From Dehalococcoidia bacterium (GTDB lineage: Bacteria; Chloroflexota; Dehalococcoidia; Dehalococcoidales; RBG-16-60-22): DNA of 64,000 bases. Where the stretch lies: positions 1,891 to 65,890 of the forward strand of contig PLLL01000092.1 in the NCBI GenBank assembly GCA_003141235.1. Direction: 5' to 3'. A model generated the notes under the pieces. The model had not been told where the DNA came from. It did no database searches and worked only from the letters and a program-made list of their open reading frames with translations. Of the stretch, positions 39,801-50,252 are shown piece by piece; positions within the stretch are counted from its first letter, which is position 1; every line of letters begins with the position of its first letter. Position numbers and translations under genes: made by a program.

Positions 39801-41342
39801 GATAACTTTTGGAGTAAGCTCAACCCAGAAAGTCTCCCCGCTTTTCTTCCGGTAAGACATCTCTCTTTTTAGGTTGCTCATGGATGTGCCCAGTTTTACG
39901 GTGTTATTTATTTCTTCCTTTGATTCTTCCGGCCACCACGGGTACGGGGTTTTCATACCCACGACATCCGTCATGTTAAAACCGGTCAGCTTTTCAAAAG
40001 CGGGATTCACATATTTTATAGAGCTATCCGGGTTAGCCACGAATATAGGAATGGGTGTATTCGTCAGCAGGCTGGAGGTGAACTCTTCGCTTTCTTTCAG
40101 AGCGTCTTCCGCCCACTTTTGCTCGGTGATATCGGTTACCACGAGTATCATGCATAATTTACCTGAAATATTAATAATCTCGGCGGAGAACAGACCGGTG
40201 CGTATCTCTCCCGATTTCGTGCGGGAGGCAAATTGGTGGTTATCCATCCTGCCCTTTTGCATTAAAATGCTTTGCATGGTTTTCAGGTCATTTTCGTTTA
40301 GACAGAGGTTGATTTCTTTCGAGGTATGGCCGATTGTCTCTTCGCGGGTATAGCCGGTAAACCGTGAATAACTCTCGTTAATATCAATGAAAGTCTCACC
40401 TTCGATGCTAACGATACAAATCGGGTTGGGGCTGGCCTGAAATACTTTAGAGAAGGTTTGCTCTGACTCACGCAGCGCTGCTTCGTTCTTTCGGCGCTCG
40501 GTGACGTTGCTAACAAGGGAAACGGTACCATCTATCTTCCCGTCTTTTTTAATGATGGCAGAATTCACATCTACAATAATTTTATTCCCATCTTTGTCTT
40601 TGGTCTCTAATTCTTGATGATAGTTTGTAATTTTCCCCCTGAGTATATCGCTGAATGATATAATCAGGTGCGGCAAGTCCTTAATTGAAAGTATGCCAAG
40701 TTTGGAAAAGTGTTTCCCAATAAGGTACTCACGGTTATAGCCGAAGAAATTTTTAACTTGTGGATTTGCTTCGATAATCCTGCCGGATTTATCAATACGG
40801 ATAATTACTTCATTAATATTGTCAAAAATTGTCTTATACTTATCTTCACTTTCGCGCCGCGCTTCCTCCGCCTGTTTTTGACTGGTGATATCATGGATGA
40901 TGCAAATAACCCCGTCCATTTTGCCGTCTTTTTTTACAATGGAAGAATATAATTTAATTAAAATCTTATGGCCGTTTTTATCTATGGCCTCTAATTCATC
41001 CGAATAGGTGTTAATCTTGCCCTTGACGGCATCGCTGAATAGTTTCATCAGCTTGGGCAGTTCCTTCATGCTGAAAACACCAAGCATGGCAAAATGTTTG
41101 CCGATTATCTCTTCACGTTTGTGGCCGAAGCAATCCTCCGCTTTTGCATTTGTTTCAATTATCTTTCCGTATTTATTAAGACGGACAATTACGGCGTTAA
41201 CATTATCAAAAATCGTCTTTAAACTATCGTCGCTCTCGCCGGACGACTCCTCGATATAAACAACTTTTTTCGGGTGGCCGTTATCCGGCTCCCGGTCTTC
41301 AGCAAGAAGGTCTTTTTCAATCTCGGGTGGGTTGCTTTCCAT
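36834..41342 (-). CDS. Cytoplasmic multi-PAS sensor histidine kinase
   Basis: About 10 PAS/PAC repeats ending DITERK; H-box [34 protein letters not shown]; no TM segment. Confidence 0.93.
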   Translation of the reverse strand: MESNPPEIEKDLLAEDREPDNGHPKKVVYIEESSGESDDSLKTIFDNVNAVIVRLNKYGKIIETNAKAEDCFGHKREEIIGKHFAMLGVFSMKELPKLMKLFSDAVKGKINTYSDELEAIDKNGHKILIKLYSSIVKKDGKMDGVICIIHDITSQKQAEEARRESEDKYKTIFDNINEVIIRIDKSGRIIEANPQVKNFFGYNREYLIGKHFSKLGILSIKDLPHLIISFSDILRGKITNYHQELETKDKDGNKIIVDVNSAIIKKDGKIDGTVSLVSNVTERRKNEAALRESEQTFSKVFQASPNPICIVSIEGETFIDINESYSRFTGYTREETIGHTSKEINLCLNENDLKTMQSILMQKGRMDNHQFASRTKSGEIRTGLFSAEIINISGKLCMILVVTDITEQKWAEDALKESEEFTSSLLTNTPIPIFVANPDSSIKYVNPAFEKLTGFNMTDVVGMKTPYPWWPEESKEEINNTVKLGTSMSNLKREMSYRKKSGETFWVELTPKVIKQDGAVKYILINWVDITERKQMEEALRFSDAAFKSIHESVIAVDNARTITYFNNISEQLFGITASEAIGRKLKDVIKPVEEYPGQDQERIQKISTQGYSRNELLYMTPRGPVWVDTTIQVMKEGDKKYGYIMTAQDITGRKQAEKATHDSEEKFSKAFSAASDAMAICSYGGTFLEVNDHYIKLSGYSQEELVGSDADKLNMWGNPADRTRMLHLMRDEGHMNNEEFAFRTKSGDVRTCLFSSESINVGGERRMIIVVQDITERKKMESALRESKEKFFKAFNTSANAISINRIKDSRFIEANESFSRFTGYTHDEVIGHDAGELNLWVKREEQQKGMEALEKDGRVYNQEFSSRCKSGEIRVGLSSIETLNIGGEPCRMIVITDITKRKKAEEALKDSEEKFSKAFNASANAIGITSLKTNLFIEVNESFTRFTGYSREELIGHNAIEFNFWVNEEELKKWGATLQAEGRAYNQEISSRIKSGEIRIGLYSADKINIGGEPCRIVMITDITERKKAEENLRLLSSVTQQVTDSIVVNDPDFKITYMNKAAQNLFGYSIDEVMGKNISLFDGVPFSKRSRKDIRNAINLGKTWTAVLTKRHKDGSTFLCDCRRSPLFDEDGCLVSYIAVYRDITEQKETEAKLQAQKKMVESILTSMPEGVLVTDSSDLIILANESFRKIFRTGRRIIETKLLNDVLGVEQLFDLYTSIKTGNTDVHSLEFRYKVKDTEKIITSGIIKMDSERMLLIFSDVSREREEEDKLYLSDRLASLGEMAAGMAHELNNPLTGILTLSQLLVNSDMPAEQKEDLQCVYSEAKRAANIVKNVLLFTRNNSYENGTSSANEVVKEVLRLREHEDKMKNINVVTNFQDNLAEIQLDKYQLQQVFLNIILNAEAAIEEAKRPGTLTITTERVNNHVNIIFSDNGCGIKKQVLPRIFDPFFTTKEIGKGTGLGLSICYGIIVKHNGKITVKTQVGQGTTFTIRMPIANQ

Positions 41343-41590
41343 ATTTGCACCGCCTTATTTGAATGTGGAAGTTGAGGTCCATCTCACACCTTGCGCCCTT
41401 CGGAATTTCACTGTATGGAGAAAATGTACTATTACTTAAGGTAAAAATTGATAAACATTCAGGTTTCATATGTAAAAAATTCGTAAACAACTCACTTTAA
41501 CTCCGGCGGCAAGGCTATTTTTTGACAACGTTTCCTCCCCGGCGGATAATTAGCTTGTTCCTTAAAGCCTGCTAAGGGGAGCGATTTAGG

Positions 41591-42034
41591 ATGGCTGAAT
41601 CTACAGAAAATAAGAGCCGGTGGTATCCTGACCATCCCTGGGTGGGGGTGGGAGTGGTGGTTATCCGGGACGGGCGGCTACTAACAGTAAAGCGCGGTAA
41701 AGAGCCCAATAAAGGGAAATGGAGCATTCCGGGGGGCGGGGTAGAGCTGGGAGAGACTGTTTACGAAGCAGCCGTGCGCGAAACTCTTGAAGAATGTTCG
41801 CTACATGTTGAGATATTGAAAGTCATTGATACCGCGGATAACATCGTGCAGGATGATAGCGGCCGTATAAAGTATCACTTTACCATCATCGACCTGCTCG
41901 GCAGGTATGTAAGCGGGGAGGTTAAAGCGCAATCGGACGCCGCAGAGTGCCGCTGGGTGGTTTTAGAAGAGATAGAGAGTCTGGATATTACCGCCATACT
42001 GCGTGAAATGCTGAAGCGGAACGGGATTATCTAA
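41591..42034 (+). CDS. NUDIX hydrolase
   Basis: PGGGVELGETVYEAAVRETLEE Nudix box. Confidence 0.92.
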   Translation: MAESTENKSRWYPDHPWVGVGVVVIRDGRLLTVKRGKEPNKGKWSIPGGGVELGETVYEAAVRETLEECSLHVEILKVIDTADNIVQDDSGRIKYHFTIIDLLGRYVSGEVKAQSDAAECRWVVLEEIESLDITAILREMLKRNGII

Positions 42035-42882
42035 AACTCATCCAGTAAGGCTCCGATCCTCATCGGGTCGATGGGCTGTTTCACCAGCGGCATTGCTTTA
42101 AGCTGCGGGAGCTGTTCTTCAAAAACCGGCCGTTCCTGCCGGTAGATAATCCCAATCGGTATCCGCTCGCCCCACTCCTGCGCTTTGATAAGTGCGGCGG
42201 CTTTATCGGCGTGATTGTAGCCTTCACTTTCTACCTTATAGACTCGCTCTTTATACCATGCGAAGGTATTGGTGTGGTTGAAAGAGACGCAGGGCTGCAG
42301 GATGTCGATGAGCGCAAAACCGCGGTGCTGTATCCCCGCCTGTATCAGCCCGCTCAGGTGCTCGATGTCCCCGGCAAAGCCTCTCGCCAGAAAGCTGATA
42401 TCCGAAGCCAGCGCCAGCATCAGGGGATTTAGCGGGAGGCCGGCCCCGTTCGGCGTGGTCTTGGTGATAAAACCTGTATCGCTGGTGGGTGAGGCCTGTC
42501 CCTTGGTCAGCCCGTAGACCTGGTTATTGTGCACCAGGTAGGTCATATCGATATTTCGGCGACTCGCCGCCAGTAAGTGGCCGACGCCCTCGCCGTAAGC
42601 GCCGCCGTCGCCGTCGATGCCGATGACGGTCAGGTCGTGGTTGGCGATTTTCGCGCCGGTAGCCGCGGGTAAAGTGCGGCCGTGCAGACCGTTGAAGAGA
42701 TTGCCCCTGGTATAGTGAGGCAGCTTGGGCGCCTGCCCGATGCCGGAGACGAAAAGCACGCGTTGCGGCTCCAGATTCAGCGCTACCAGCGCTTTTTTTA
42801 CCGCCTGGAGTATGCCGAAGTTGCCGCAGCCCGGGCACCAGGCTATGGGTACCGTTGACGCATAATCGTTAAGCGTTACCAT
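42031..42882 (-). CDS. 2-oxoacid:ferredoxin oxidoreductase beta subunit
   Basis: WCPGCG, HGR.LP.ATG, GDG..GEG, NNQVYGLTKGQASPT, QPCVSFN. Confidence 0.95.
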   Translation of the reverse strand: MVTLNDYASTVPIAWCPGCGNFGILQAVKKALVALNLEPQRVLFVSGIGQAPKLPHYTRGNLFNGLHGRTLPAATGAKIANHDLTVIGIDGDGGAYGEGVGHLLAASRRNIDMTYLVHNNQVYGLTKGQASPTSDTGFITKTTPNGAGLPLNPLMLALASDISFLARGFAGDIEHLSGLIQAGIQHRGFALIDILQPCVSFNHTNTFAWYKERVYKVESEGYNHADKAAALIKAQEWGERIPIGIIYRQERPVFEEQLPQLKAMPLVKQPIDPMRIGALLDEF

Positions 42883-44609
42883 GCCTTGACCTCCTCGTGC
42901 AGACGGCTGATAATCTCTGCCGGGGAAAAGGGGCGGCCATCGTATTTCAATATCGAGGCATCCGCTTTAATACCTGTCTCGCGCCGGATTAATCCGGCCA
43001 TCTGCGCCGTGGCGTTACCCTCAATAACGATGTTTTGCTTGCTTTTACCCAGCGCCACTGCTACAGACTCCGCCGGGAAGGGCCAGATTTCGCTTAAGTG
43101 GAGGGTATTAACCGGATGTCCGTCTTGTTTAAGGATATAGGCGGCCTCGCTTATCGCGCCGTAAGTGCTGCCCCACCCGATGAGCGTTGCCCCGGCGCCG
43201 GGTGAAGTTTTAAGCTCCGGCCCTGCAATCTCGCGGCGGAGGCCGGTTAACTTGCGCAGTCTTTTCTGGACCTGCATATTGCGGGTAGCGGCGTCTTCTA
43301 TCATGTGTCCGGCTTCATCGTGCTCATCAGAGTCGGTCACCACCAGCGCCTTGCCCTGCCCCGGCAGCGCCCGCGGTGAAATACCGGAGGCTGTTACCAG
43401 ATGTCTTTTATAATCTTTCATTTTACTGACTTCTGTATCTGAGAGAAGCTCACCACGGTCGATTTTAACCTGACTCAAGTCGAACCTGTTGACGGTGGTG
43501 TAAGAGCTGGCCAGGTGATGGTCGGTCAGAATAATCACCGGCGTCTGGTACTTTTCAGCCAGGTTGAACGCTTTAATGGCGGCGTAAAAGGCTTCTGCGG
43601 CGGTAGACGGCGCCAGTACCGCGCGCGGGAACTCGCCGTGTCCGGCGTGCAGGGCGAACCAGAGCTCCGCCTGCTCCGTCCGGGTGGGAAGCCCCGTTGC
43701 CGGGCCGGGGCGCTGCCCCAGTACCGCCACTACCGGCGTCTCGGTCATGCCCGCCAGGGCCAGTGCCTCGACCATGAGGGCGAAACCTCCTCCCGATGTC
43801 GCCACCATGGCCCGGACGCCTGTGTAGCCGGCGCCCACGGCCATATTCATGGCGGATATTTCGTCTTCTACGTGCACCATGACGACGCCGTATTGCCTGC
43901 CTTTATCGGCGATGTATTCCAGGATGGAACTTGAAGGCGTCATCGGATATCCGGCGACGAACTTGCAGCCGCCGGCCATCGCGCCGAGACATAAAGCATC
44001 GTTGCCGTTAAGCAGCAGCCTGTGCAGGTTCCCGATTTTTGGCTGCAGTGAGGGAATATTCAGGCCTGCGCCGCGCTCCCGCGCGAGCTTATATCCGGCC
44101 CAGGCCGCGGTAATATTGTCGTTAACTATCTTTTCACCGTGCCGCGCAAATTCGCTTTTCAGGATAAACGCCAGCAGGTCGAAATCGTAGCCGATTAAGC
44201 CAAAAGCTGCCCCGGCGGCCACGGTATTGGCCATGAGCTTGTTTTTAACCGTGTCTTCAGCCAGTTTTAAGAGCGGGATGTTGATGTATTTTTTACTGTC
44301 AGCCGGAGTTTTTATCTGCTCCCCGTCGTAAATAATGACTCCACCGGTTTTTAGCTCTTTCTCGTGCAGGTCTATCGTCTCGCGGTTGAGCGCCACCAGT
44401 ATATCCAGTTCCGGCGAAAAAGCCAGCACCTCGCTGTCTTTTACCCTGACCCGGAAAAAGTTATGCCCGCCCCTTACGCGGCTCTCATAGTCCTGGTCGG
44501 CAAACACATGAAAATCGCCGTAGGCAAATGTTTTCGCCAGTATCATGCCCACGGACTGTACGCCTTGCCCCGCCTCCCCCCCGACCAGAATATTAAAATC
44601 GACTGCCAT
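42876..44609 (-). CDS. 2-oxoacid:acceptor oxidoreductase alpha subunit (gamma-alpha fusion)
   Basis: GGEAGQG, RVRGGH, YPMTPSS, EDEISA, TSGGGF, QRPGPATGLPT. Confidence 0.95.
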   Translation of the reverse strand: MAVDFNILVGGEAGQGVQSVGMILAKTFAYGDFHVFADQDYESRVRGGHNFFRVRVKDSEVLAFSPELDILVALNRETIDLHEKELKTGGVIIYDGEQIKTPADSKKYINIPLLKLAEDTVKNKLMANTVAAGAAFGLIGYDFDLLAFILKSEFARHGEKIVNDNITAAWAGYKLARERGAGLNIPSLQPKIGNLHRLLLNGNDALCLGAMAGGCKFVAGYPMTPSSSILEYIADKGRQYGVVMVHVEDEISAMNMAVGAGYTGVRAMVATSGGGFALMVEALALAGMTETPVVAVLGQRPGPATGLPTRTEQAELWFALHAGHGEFPRAVLAPSTAAEAFYAAIKAFNLAEKYQTPVIILTDHHLASSYTTVNRFDLSQVKIDRGELLSDTEVSKMKDYKRHLVTASGISPRALPGQGKALVVTDSDEHDEAGHMIEDAATRNMQVQKRLRKLTGLRREIAGPELKTSPGAGATLIGWGSTYGAISEAAYILKQDGHPVNTLHLSEIWPFPAESVAVALGKSKQNIVIEGNATAQMAGLIRRETGIKADASILKYDGRPFSPAEIISRLHEEVKAW

Positions 44610-44718
44610 TTTGCCGCCTCGCTCCAGACTGGAACGCTATTGACCTATTTTATATTTTAATGGCGGGCAGCCGATTTTAATGTAATCTATGTCACGTTTA
44701 AGCCGGTGTAATTTTCAA

Positions 44719-46071
44719 TTACTTTTCTTCTTCTATGTCTTTTACCCTCTCCGCAATTCCGTGCCGATTGAAAAGGAGGCTGAAAGCGCTTAATTTAGGC
44801 ACATTACGCACTTCATGGAGAGTACGCAGCAGCAGAATCACGATGACAGCCCGCAGGACACCGGAAATGGTAAACAGCGTGCGCATCTGATAGCCAAGAA
44901 AATGCGGAAGATGTGGAATCAGATAACCGCCGACCAGAGCGCCGAGACAAATAGCGAGCCATACAATCGAGTTAAACACCGCTAACTGTTTTGTCCGATT
45001 GCCGGGTTCTGAGGCATCATAGACAAAGTTGACAGTAGACAGGGTGAATCCAGACCAGGTAATCCCGCTGAAAATATTGGCGCAGACTAAAAACACAGGA
45101 TTGGCGCTGATAAGCCAGAGCAGCGACACAAAAGGCATCATACATGACGTTATCCGGACTATTTTAATGTTGCCGGCACGGTCAGCCCGGCGGCCCCAGA
45201 ACGGCAGGAAAAGGATGTTGGCTACGATAGTGGCCGAGACAACAATAGTAAAAGACAGGTAATTAAAATGCAGGTCCCGCAGCATAAAGACAGAGAAAAA
45301 CGGGCCGGCTATCATCGTGCCGAAGTACATCAGTGCTATGAACACCATATATCTGCCCAGGTTCGAGGCGCCCAGGGCCTTTACTATTTGAATCACGCTC
45401 GGCGCATTTTCCCGTTCACGGGTGACGGGCGGTTCATACATCCGTGAGACAAAGAAAAATGAGAACAAGCGGAAGACCGTCGCCCCGCCGAAGAGGATAG
45501 CAAAGCCGAAGAACACATTACCGGTGTAAATCTGGAGTATCCCGCCGGCGAGGAGAGAGAAAACCAGCGTGATGAAAACAGCAATTCTTCCCCGGAAGCT
45601 GAAATACCGGCCCCTTAGCTCCTCGGGCACCAGGTCCGCCATCATACTCCCCCAGGGAGGAAAAGAAAGGGAATCGGCAACATAGCAGATGGTAACCAGC
45701 CCGATGAGCCACCATACCCCTGCGGAGCGGAAAAAATAAGGAATAAGAAAAACGGGCAGCCACATCAGGGCATGGATGAAAATTGCCGGCAATATCATGC
45801 GCTTGCGGCTGCCGGCCCACTTGGCCAGACCGGGCGCAGCCAGCTGTGTGAACGCGGTAGCAATACCGGGAATGCTGGATAGAAAGCCTATTTGCATGGT
45901 GGTGGCTTGCAGCACCAGGGCGAAGGGGGTAGTAAAGTTCTGCGTGAGGCCCAGCATAGCGGCATAAGCGCTGCCGTCCAGCACGCTCAATTTTAAACTT
46001 TTTCTTACCCTTTGTCTTGACTGGTAGTTATGGTTTAGATGCCCGGAGGCATCCTGATTATTGTTTACCAT
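44719..46071 (-). CDS. MFS transporter
   Basis: About 12 TM helices, W..MMADLVPEELRGRYF, WGRRADRAG. Confidence 0.88.
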   Translation of the reverse strand: MVNNNQDASGHLNHNYQSRQRVRKSLKLSVLDGSAYAAMLGLTQNFTTPFALVLQATTMQIGFLSSIPGIATAFTQLAAPGLAKWAGSRKRMILPAIFIHALMWLPVFLIPYFFRSAGVWWLIGLVTICYVADSLSFPPWGSMMADLVPEELRGRYFSFRGRIAVFITLVFSLLAGGILQIYTGNVFFGFAILFGGATVFRLFSFFFVSRMYEPPVTRERENAPSVIQIVKALGASNLGRYMVFIALMYFGTMIAGPFFSVFMLRDLHFNYLSFTIVVSATIVANILFLPFWGRRADRAGNIKIVRITSCMMPFVSLLWLISANPVFLVCANIFSGITWSGFTLSTVNFVYDASEPGNRTKQLAVFNSIVWLAICLGALVGGYLIPHLPHFLGYQMRTLFTISGVLRAVIVILLLRTLHEVRNVPKLSAFSLLFNRHGIAERVKDIEEEK

Positions 46072-46094
46072 ATATTCCTCTTATACAATAATTA

Positions 46095-46120
46095 AGCCCG
46101 GGGTTTTTTCTCCCGGGCTT
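46095..46120 (-). promoter_or_regulatory. Stem-loop in the MFS leader
   Basis: AAGCCCGGG..CCCGGGCTT perfect stem just upstream of the RBS. Confidence 0.45.
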
Positions 46121-46395
46121 GAAGTGTATTCTGCGCTGAAACTGAAGTTAAGTCGTTAATGAGCAAAAGGCACACCAAGCCCCTGGCATAATGCCGCTGT
46201 GGACAGCATTAATAAACCTGTTCGGTTTCTGGGTCAGTGTGTACATTAAGCTTACCGTTTCTTTTGATGAAGATTGACCTATTGTATTACAAGCTGAGAT
46301 AGCTTGTCAACACCGTGTCCGGCTCTGCTTAAAATAGATACAAACAGAAAAAACCCATGCCGGGTATGATGATAGCGGTTGCAGGTATGACCGCG

Positions 46396-47889
46396 CTATT
46401 GAAATATCTTCGACCATCTGTAAAAGACGTGCTCGGCGTCTTTCCCCCTGATGGAATGGCCGAGGTGCTGGCTGGTCTGGCTTTCCGGGTAGAACGTATC
46501 CAGCCACCAGTAGCCGTAAGATATTATACCGGTGATATTCGTAGCGGTATTTTTATACAGAGCCCTGAACAAACCTTCGTACACCAGCGCCTGTATCTTC
46601 CAGTCGCGCTGGTACATTCCTTCAGGATAACTCGTGCCCGGCTCAATCCACCCTTTTTGCATCGCCCCGGCATAGCTCGGCATCAGGATATGCAGGAATG
46701 TCTCTTTATCGGCAATCTTTTTAAAACCGGGTTCGCGGAGGACGTTCGTCCACGCCGCCTCGATAGATTCAATGGTTTCATCTGAGTTGCTGAAAACATG
46801 CTGCACGGAACAACTGACGAGTATACAATCAAGTTGCTTGTAGAACGTGAAAACACTATTATCCAGGAACCATATCCCCTGGGGATAGATATCCCACCAG
46901 ACGGCCAGTTTGCCGTGGTAGTTTTTCGCCGCTTCGGCGACCAGCGTGGTATAAAGCTGATTCAGGTGTTCGGTCGGCTCAAATGCATTAAAGTGAGTGT
47001 CCCCGGGATTGATGATGAAGTAGTCCACGCCGGCCTTTTCCGCTTTAGCCGCCTGCTGGCCTATCAGATTTTTCCATTGCGCGAAAAGCTTATCCAGAGC
47101 TTCCGGTGAAGGATTTACGATTTTATCTTTTACCGGCTGGTCGGCCATGAGGTTGGTAATAAACATCACCTTCTGGCCGTTTTGCTTCGCCCTTTCCGCT
47201 ATCTGCTTGAGCTCGTTTTGCCCCATCGTATGCGCTCCGCTCGGCATCGGCTCATAAACGATGGACAGGTCATCCTTAAGCACGGCGAAGTCGGTGACCA
47301 TCACCAGTTCGCTGCCTATTTCCTTCACCCGCTCCATAGAAGCATCGACATAGTACCGGTTGTCTTCCCCATTAGACCGTCCCCAAAGGTCTTGCATACC
47401 GACGCCGAACGCCAGCGATTTTTGGGTAGCGGGAAAAGCGCCGCTGATGTAGTCGAGAGTCTGCGGCTGATAATGCTTCCCCGCTTTCTGGATGGTCGGC
47501 AGATGGTCCGGCAGGGCGGGCGTGGCGGCGGCCTTTTCGCGTATGCAAAGGTCGCGGCAGGGGCCTTCGGGCAGGAGCGAGCAATCCGGGAAATAGTACC
47601 AGGAAAGGATGCCTGATTTATAGTCTTCACAAAGTGCTTCCATACCGGGCGGCGGATTGTCGCAAAGCGCGTCAAAGCAGCTGAGGGACGCTGTAGACGC
47701 AACGCTGGAAACCGGGGTAGTGCTCTGGCCGGGCTTGGTGGCAGCCGCCGGCGAGGTTTTAGCAGGCGCGGTTGTAGTCTGATACGGGGATGGGGATAGG
47801 GATGTTTTGCCGACAGGAGTACAACTGATTTCGAGAGATAAGACAATGAAAATCAGAACGGCAGAGAGAATCGGCCAAAACTTCCTCAT
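46396..47889 (-). CDS. Secreted/lipoprotein with TIM-barrel glycoside-hydrolase-like (GH113-like) domain
   Basis: Signal peptide with Cys, Thr/Pro linker, small Cys-rich domain, D..IQALVYEGLFRA..GIISYGYWW..SIRGK.AE C-terminus. Confidence 0.55.
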   Translation of the reverse strand: MRKFWPILSAVLIFIVLSLEISCTPVGKTSLSPSPYQTTTAPAKTSPAAATKPGQSTTPVSSVASTASLSCFDALCDNPPPGMEALCEDYKSGILSWYYFPDCSLLPEGPCRDLCIREKAAATPALPDHLPTIQKAGKHYQPQTLDYISGAFPATQKSLAFGVGMQDLWGRSNGEDNRYYVDASMERVKEIGSELVMVTDFAVLKDDLSIVYEPMPSGAHTMGQNELKQIAERAKQNGQKVMFITNLMADQPVKDKIVNPSPEALDKLFAQWKNLIGQQAAKAEKAGVDYFIINPGDTHFNAFEPTEHLNQLYTTLVAEAAKNYHGKLAVWWDIYPQGIWFLDNSVFTFYKQLDCILVSCSVQHVFSNSDETIESIEAAWTNVLREPGFKKIADKETFLHILMPSYAGAMQKGWIEPGTSYPEGMYQRDWKIQALVYEGLFRALYKNTATNITGIISYGYWWLDTFYPESQTSQHLGHSIRGKDAEHVFYRWSKIFQ

Positions 47890-48002
47890 TTAAAAAATAT
47901 CTTAGCAGATTTACGCAGCGGTTACAAAATATACTTTCGCCGTATATCGCCCGGATATTTGATAGATGTACGGTTATTGAGTTACTATTAAACAAAAAGA
48001 AA

Positions 48003-48992
48003 GTGGTTAGAAAAATGGAAGAAGCTATCGTTCGGAAAATACAAAGCGCCGCGAACAAAGTAAAGGAAAACGTCGAGTGCGTTATCGTCGGCAAGAGCGA
48101 GGTGGTCGAGCTGGCCATCGTCGCCCTGCTTTGTGAAGGGCACATACTTTTCGAGGACGTGCCGGGGCTGGGCAAAACCGTCCTGGCCAAATCGCTGGCT
48201 AAATCGCTCGGGTGCAGTTTCCGGCGCATTCAGTGCACGCCGGACCTTTTGCCTTCGGATATAACCGGCACGTATATCTTTAACCAGAAAACGGCGGATT
48301 TCGAATTCCGCGCCGGGCCGATCATGTCGCAGGTAGTCCTGGCGGATGAAATCAACCGCGCCACCCCGCGGACGCAGTCGGCCTTGCTGGAAGCGATGCA
48401 GGAGCGCCAGGTCACCGCCGAGGGCGATACCAAAATGCTGCCCCGTCCTTTCCTGGTGATGGCCACGCAGAACCCCATCGAGCTTGAGGGCACTTTCCCC
48501 CTCCCCGAAGCCCAACTCGACCGCTTTCTTTTAAAAATACAGGTAGGCTACCCTTCGGCTGAAGACGACCGCCTGATACTGTCCCGCTTCCGCCGTTCCG
48601 ACCCTCTGGAAGAGCTGGCGCCGGTAATTTCCGCCGCCGACCTCCTTAAAATGCAGCAGGAATGCCGTGAGGTGCATGTCGCCGCTGATGTGGAGGATTA
48701 CATCATCCGCCTCATCCATGCCACCCGGAAGCACAGCTCTATTGAGCTAGGGGCCAGCCCGCGCGCCATGCTGGCGCTATTAAATGCCGCCCAGGCCCTG
48801 GCGGTGATAAGGGGTCGGGCTTTCGTCACCCCCGACGATGTAAAATACCTGCTCATGCCCGTATTAATCCACCGCATTATTCCTAAATCCGAGAGCCGGC
48901 TGCACGGCCGTAAGGCCGAACAGGCCTTAAAAGAGATTATGAACTCGGTAGCCGTGCCCGTGGAAGAAGAACCCGTCACCGGGGAGAGGTAG
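48003..48992 (+). CDS. moxR: MoxR-family AAA+ ATPase
   Basis: EDVPGLGKT, RIQCTPDLLPSDITG, DEINRA, TQNPIE.EGTFPLPEAQLDRF; the start may instead be ATG 48015. Confidence 0.93.
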   Translation: MVRKMEEAIVRKIQSAANKVKENVECVIVGKSEVVELAIVALLCEGHILFEDVPGLGKTVLAKSLAKSLGCSFRRIQCTPDLLPSDITGTYIFNQKTADFEFRAGPIMSQVVLADEINRATPRTQSALLEAMQERQVTAEGDTKMLPRPFLVMATQNPIELEGTFPLPEAQLDRFLLKIQVGYPSAEDDRLILSRFRRSDPLEELAPVISAADLLKMQQECREVHVAADVEDYIIRLIHATRKHSSIELGASPRAMLALLNAAQALAVIRGRAFVTPDDVKYLLMPVLIHRIIPKSESRLHGRKAEQALKEIMNSVAVPVEEEPVTGER

Positions 48993-48994
48993 CG

Positions 48995-50218
48995 ATGCGG
49001 GGCGATTACTGGCTTCTTATCGCGGTATTAATCCTGATTGTCAGCTTGGCCATGCAGCAGGTACAGTTGGCCCTGGTTTGTGTGCTGTTCCTGCTCACCG
49101 GCAGCATTGCGCGGCTCTGGAACAGATTTTGCCTTAACCGCATCGAATACCGGCGGAGTCTCAGCCGGAACAGGGTCTTTTTCGGTGAGGAAATCGTCTA
49201 TGAAGTAGAGATAACCAACCGGAAACCTCTGCCGCTGCCCTGGCTGCAAATCGAAGACGAGCTGCCGGAGAGAGTCACCCTCCTCAAGGGCAAAGCCACG
49301 CCGACCACTGAAGACCGCGTTATCCTCAGCAATATGTTCCCGGTAAATATGTACCACCGGGTGAAGCGCCGCTTCCCGATGCAGTGTAACCAGAGGGGCA
49401 CTTTCATTTTCGGGCCGTCGAGTATCCGCTCCGGCGACCTGTTCGGCTTCTTCCGCCGGGAAAGGCGTATCGAGACGCTGGACTATCTCTTTGTGTACCC
49501 CCGCCTGGTGCCGCTGGAAAAGCTGGGTATTCCCTCGCGTCAGTTCTTTGGCGATATCCGTTTAAAACGGCACCTTTTCCAGGACCCGGTGCTCACCGCC
49601 GGTGTGCGGGATTATGTCCCCGGCGATAGCCTGAAACGGATTCACTGGAAGAGCACCGCCCGGCTCGGCAGGCTGCAGACCCGGATTTATGAGCCGACGA
49701 CTACTATCGACCTTAGCCTTTTCCTGGATGTGCGCACGCTTAAAGCGCCGCTTTGGGGGAGCAATTTCCAGCTCCAGGAGCTTGGCATCATCACCGCGGC
49801 GTCTATTGCCCAGTGCGCCCTGGAAGCCGGGTTCCGCGTCGGGCTCTATGTCAACCAGATAACGCGTTTTTCTCAGGGCACGGCGCGGGTGCCGCACAGC
49901 CAGCATCCCGACCAGATGCTGCGTATCCTGGAGGTACTGGCGCAGCTCCACCAGATTGAAAATACACCGATTGCCAGTTTCATCCGCCAGGAAGCCGCCA
50001 ATCTGCCCTGGGGCAGCACGCTTGTGGTCATCTCCGCCCAGCCCACGGATGAACTGCTGGGCGCTTTGCTGTACCTGAAACGGGCCGGGCGCAGCGTGGC
50101 GCTGATTAAAGTGGGCGGTACGGCCCCGGAAACAGGCGCCGGCGCTTTGACCGTTTACCACGTCACGGATAAAGTCGCCTGGGAAGTAGTGCAGGAAATC
50201 GGCCTGAAAGAGGCCTGA
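48995..50218 (+). CDS. DUF58 domain protein
   Basis: VRDYVPGDSLKRIHWKSTAR. Confidence 0.9.
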   Translation: MRGDYWLLIAVLILIVSLAMQQVQLALVCVLFLLTGSIARLWNRFCLNRIEYRRSLSRNRVFFGEEIVYEVEITNRKPLPLPWLQIEDELPERVTLLKGKATPTTEDRVILSNMFPVNMYHRVKRRFPMQCNQRGTFIFGPSSIRSGDLFGFFRRERRIETLDYLFVYPRLVPLEKLGIPSRQFFGDIRLKRHLFQDPVLTAGVRDYVPGDSLKRIHWKSTARLGRLQTRIYEPTTTIDLSLFLDVRTLKAPLWGSNFQLQELGIITAASIAQCALEAGFRVGLYVNQITRFSQGTARVPHSQHPDQMLRILEVLAQLHQIENTPIASFIRQEAANLPWGSTLVVISAQPTDELLGALLYLKRAGRSVALIKVGGTAPETGAGALTVYHVTDKVAWEVVQEIGLKEA

Positions 50219-50252
50219 AGTTAAAAGTATTTAATATGGACACAAATTCGCT

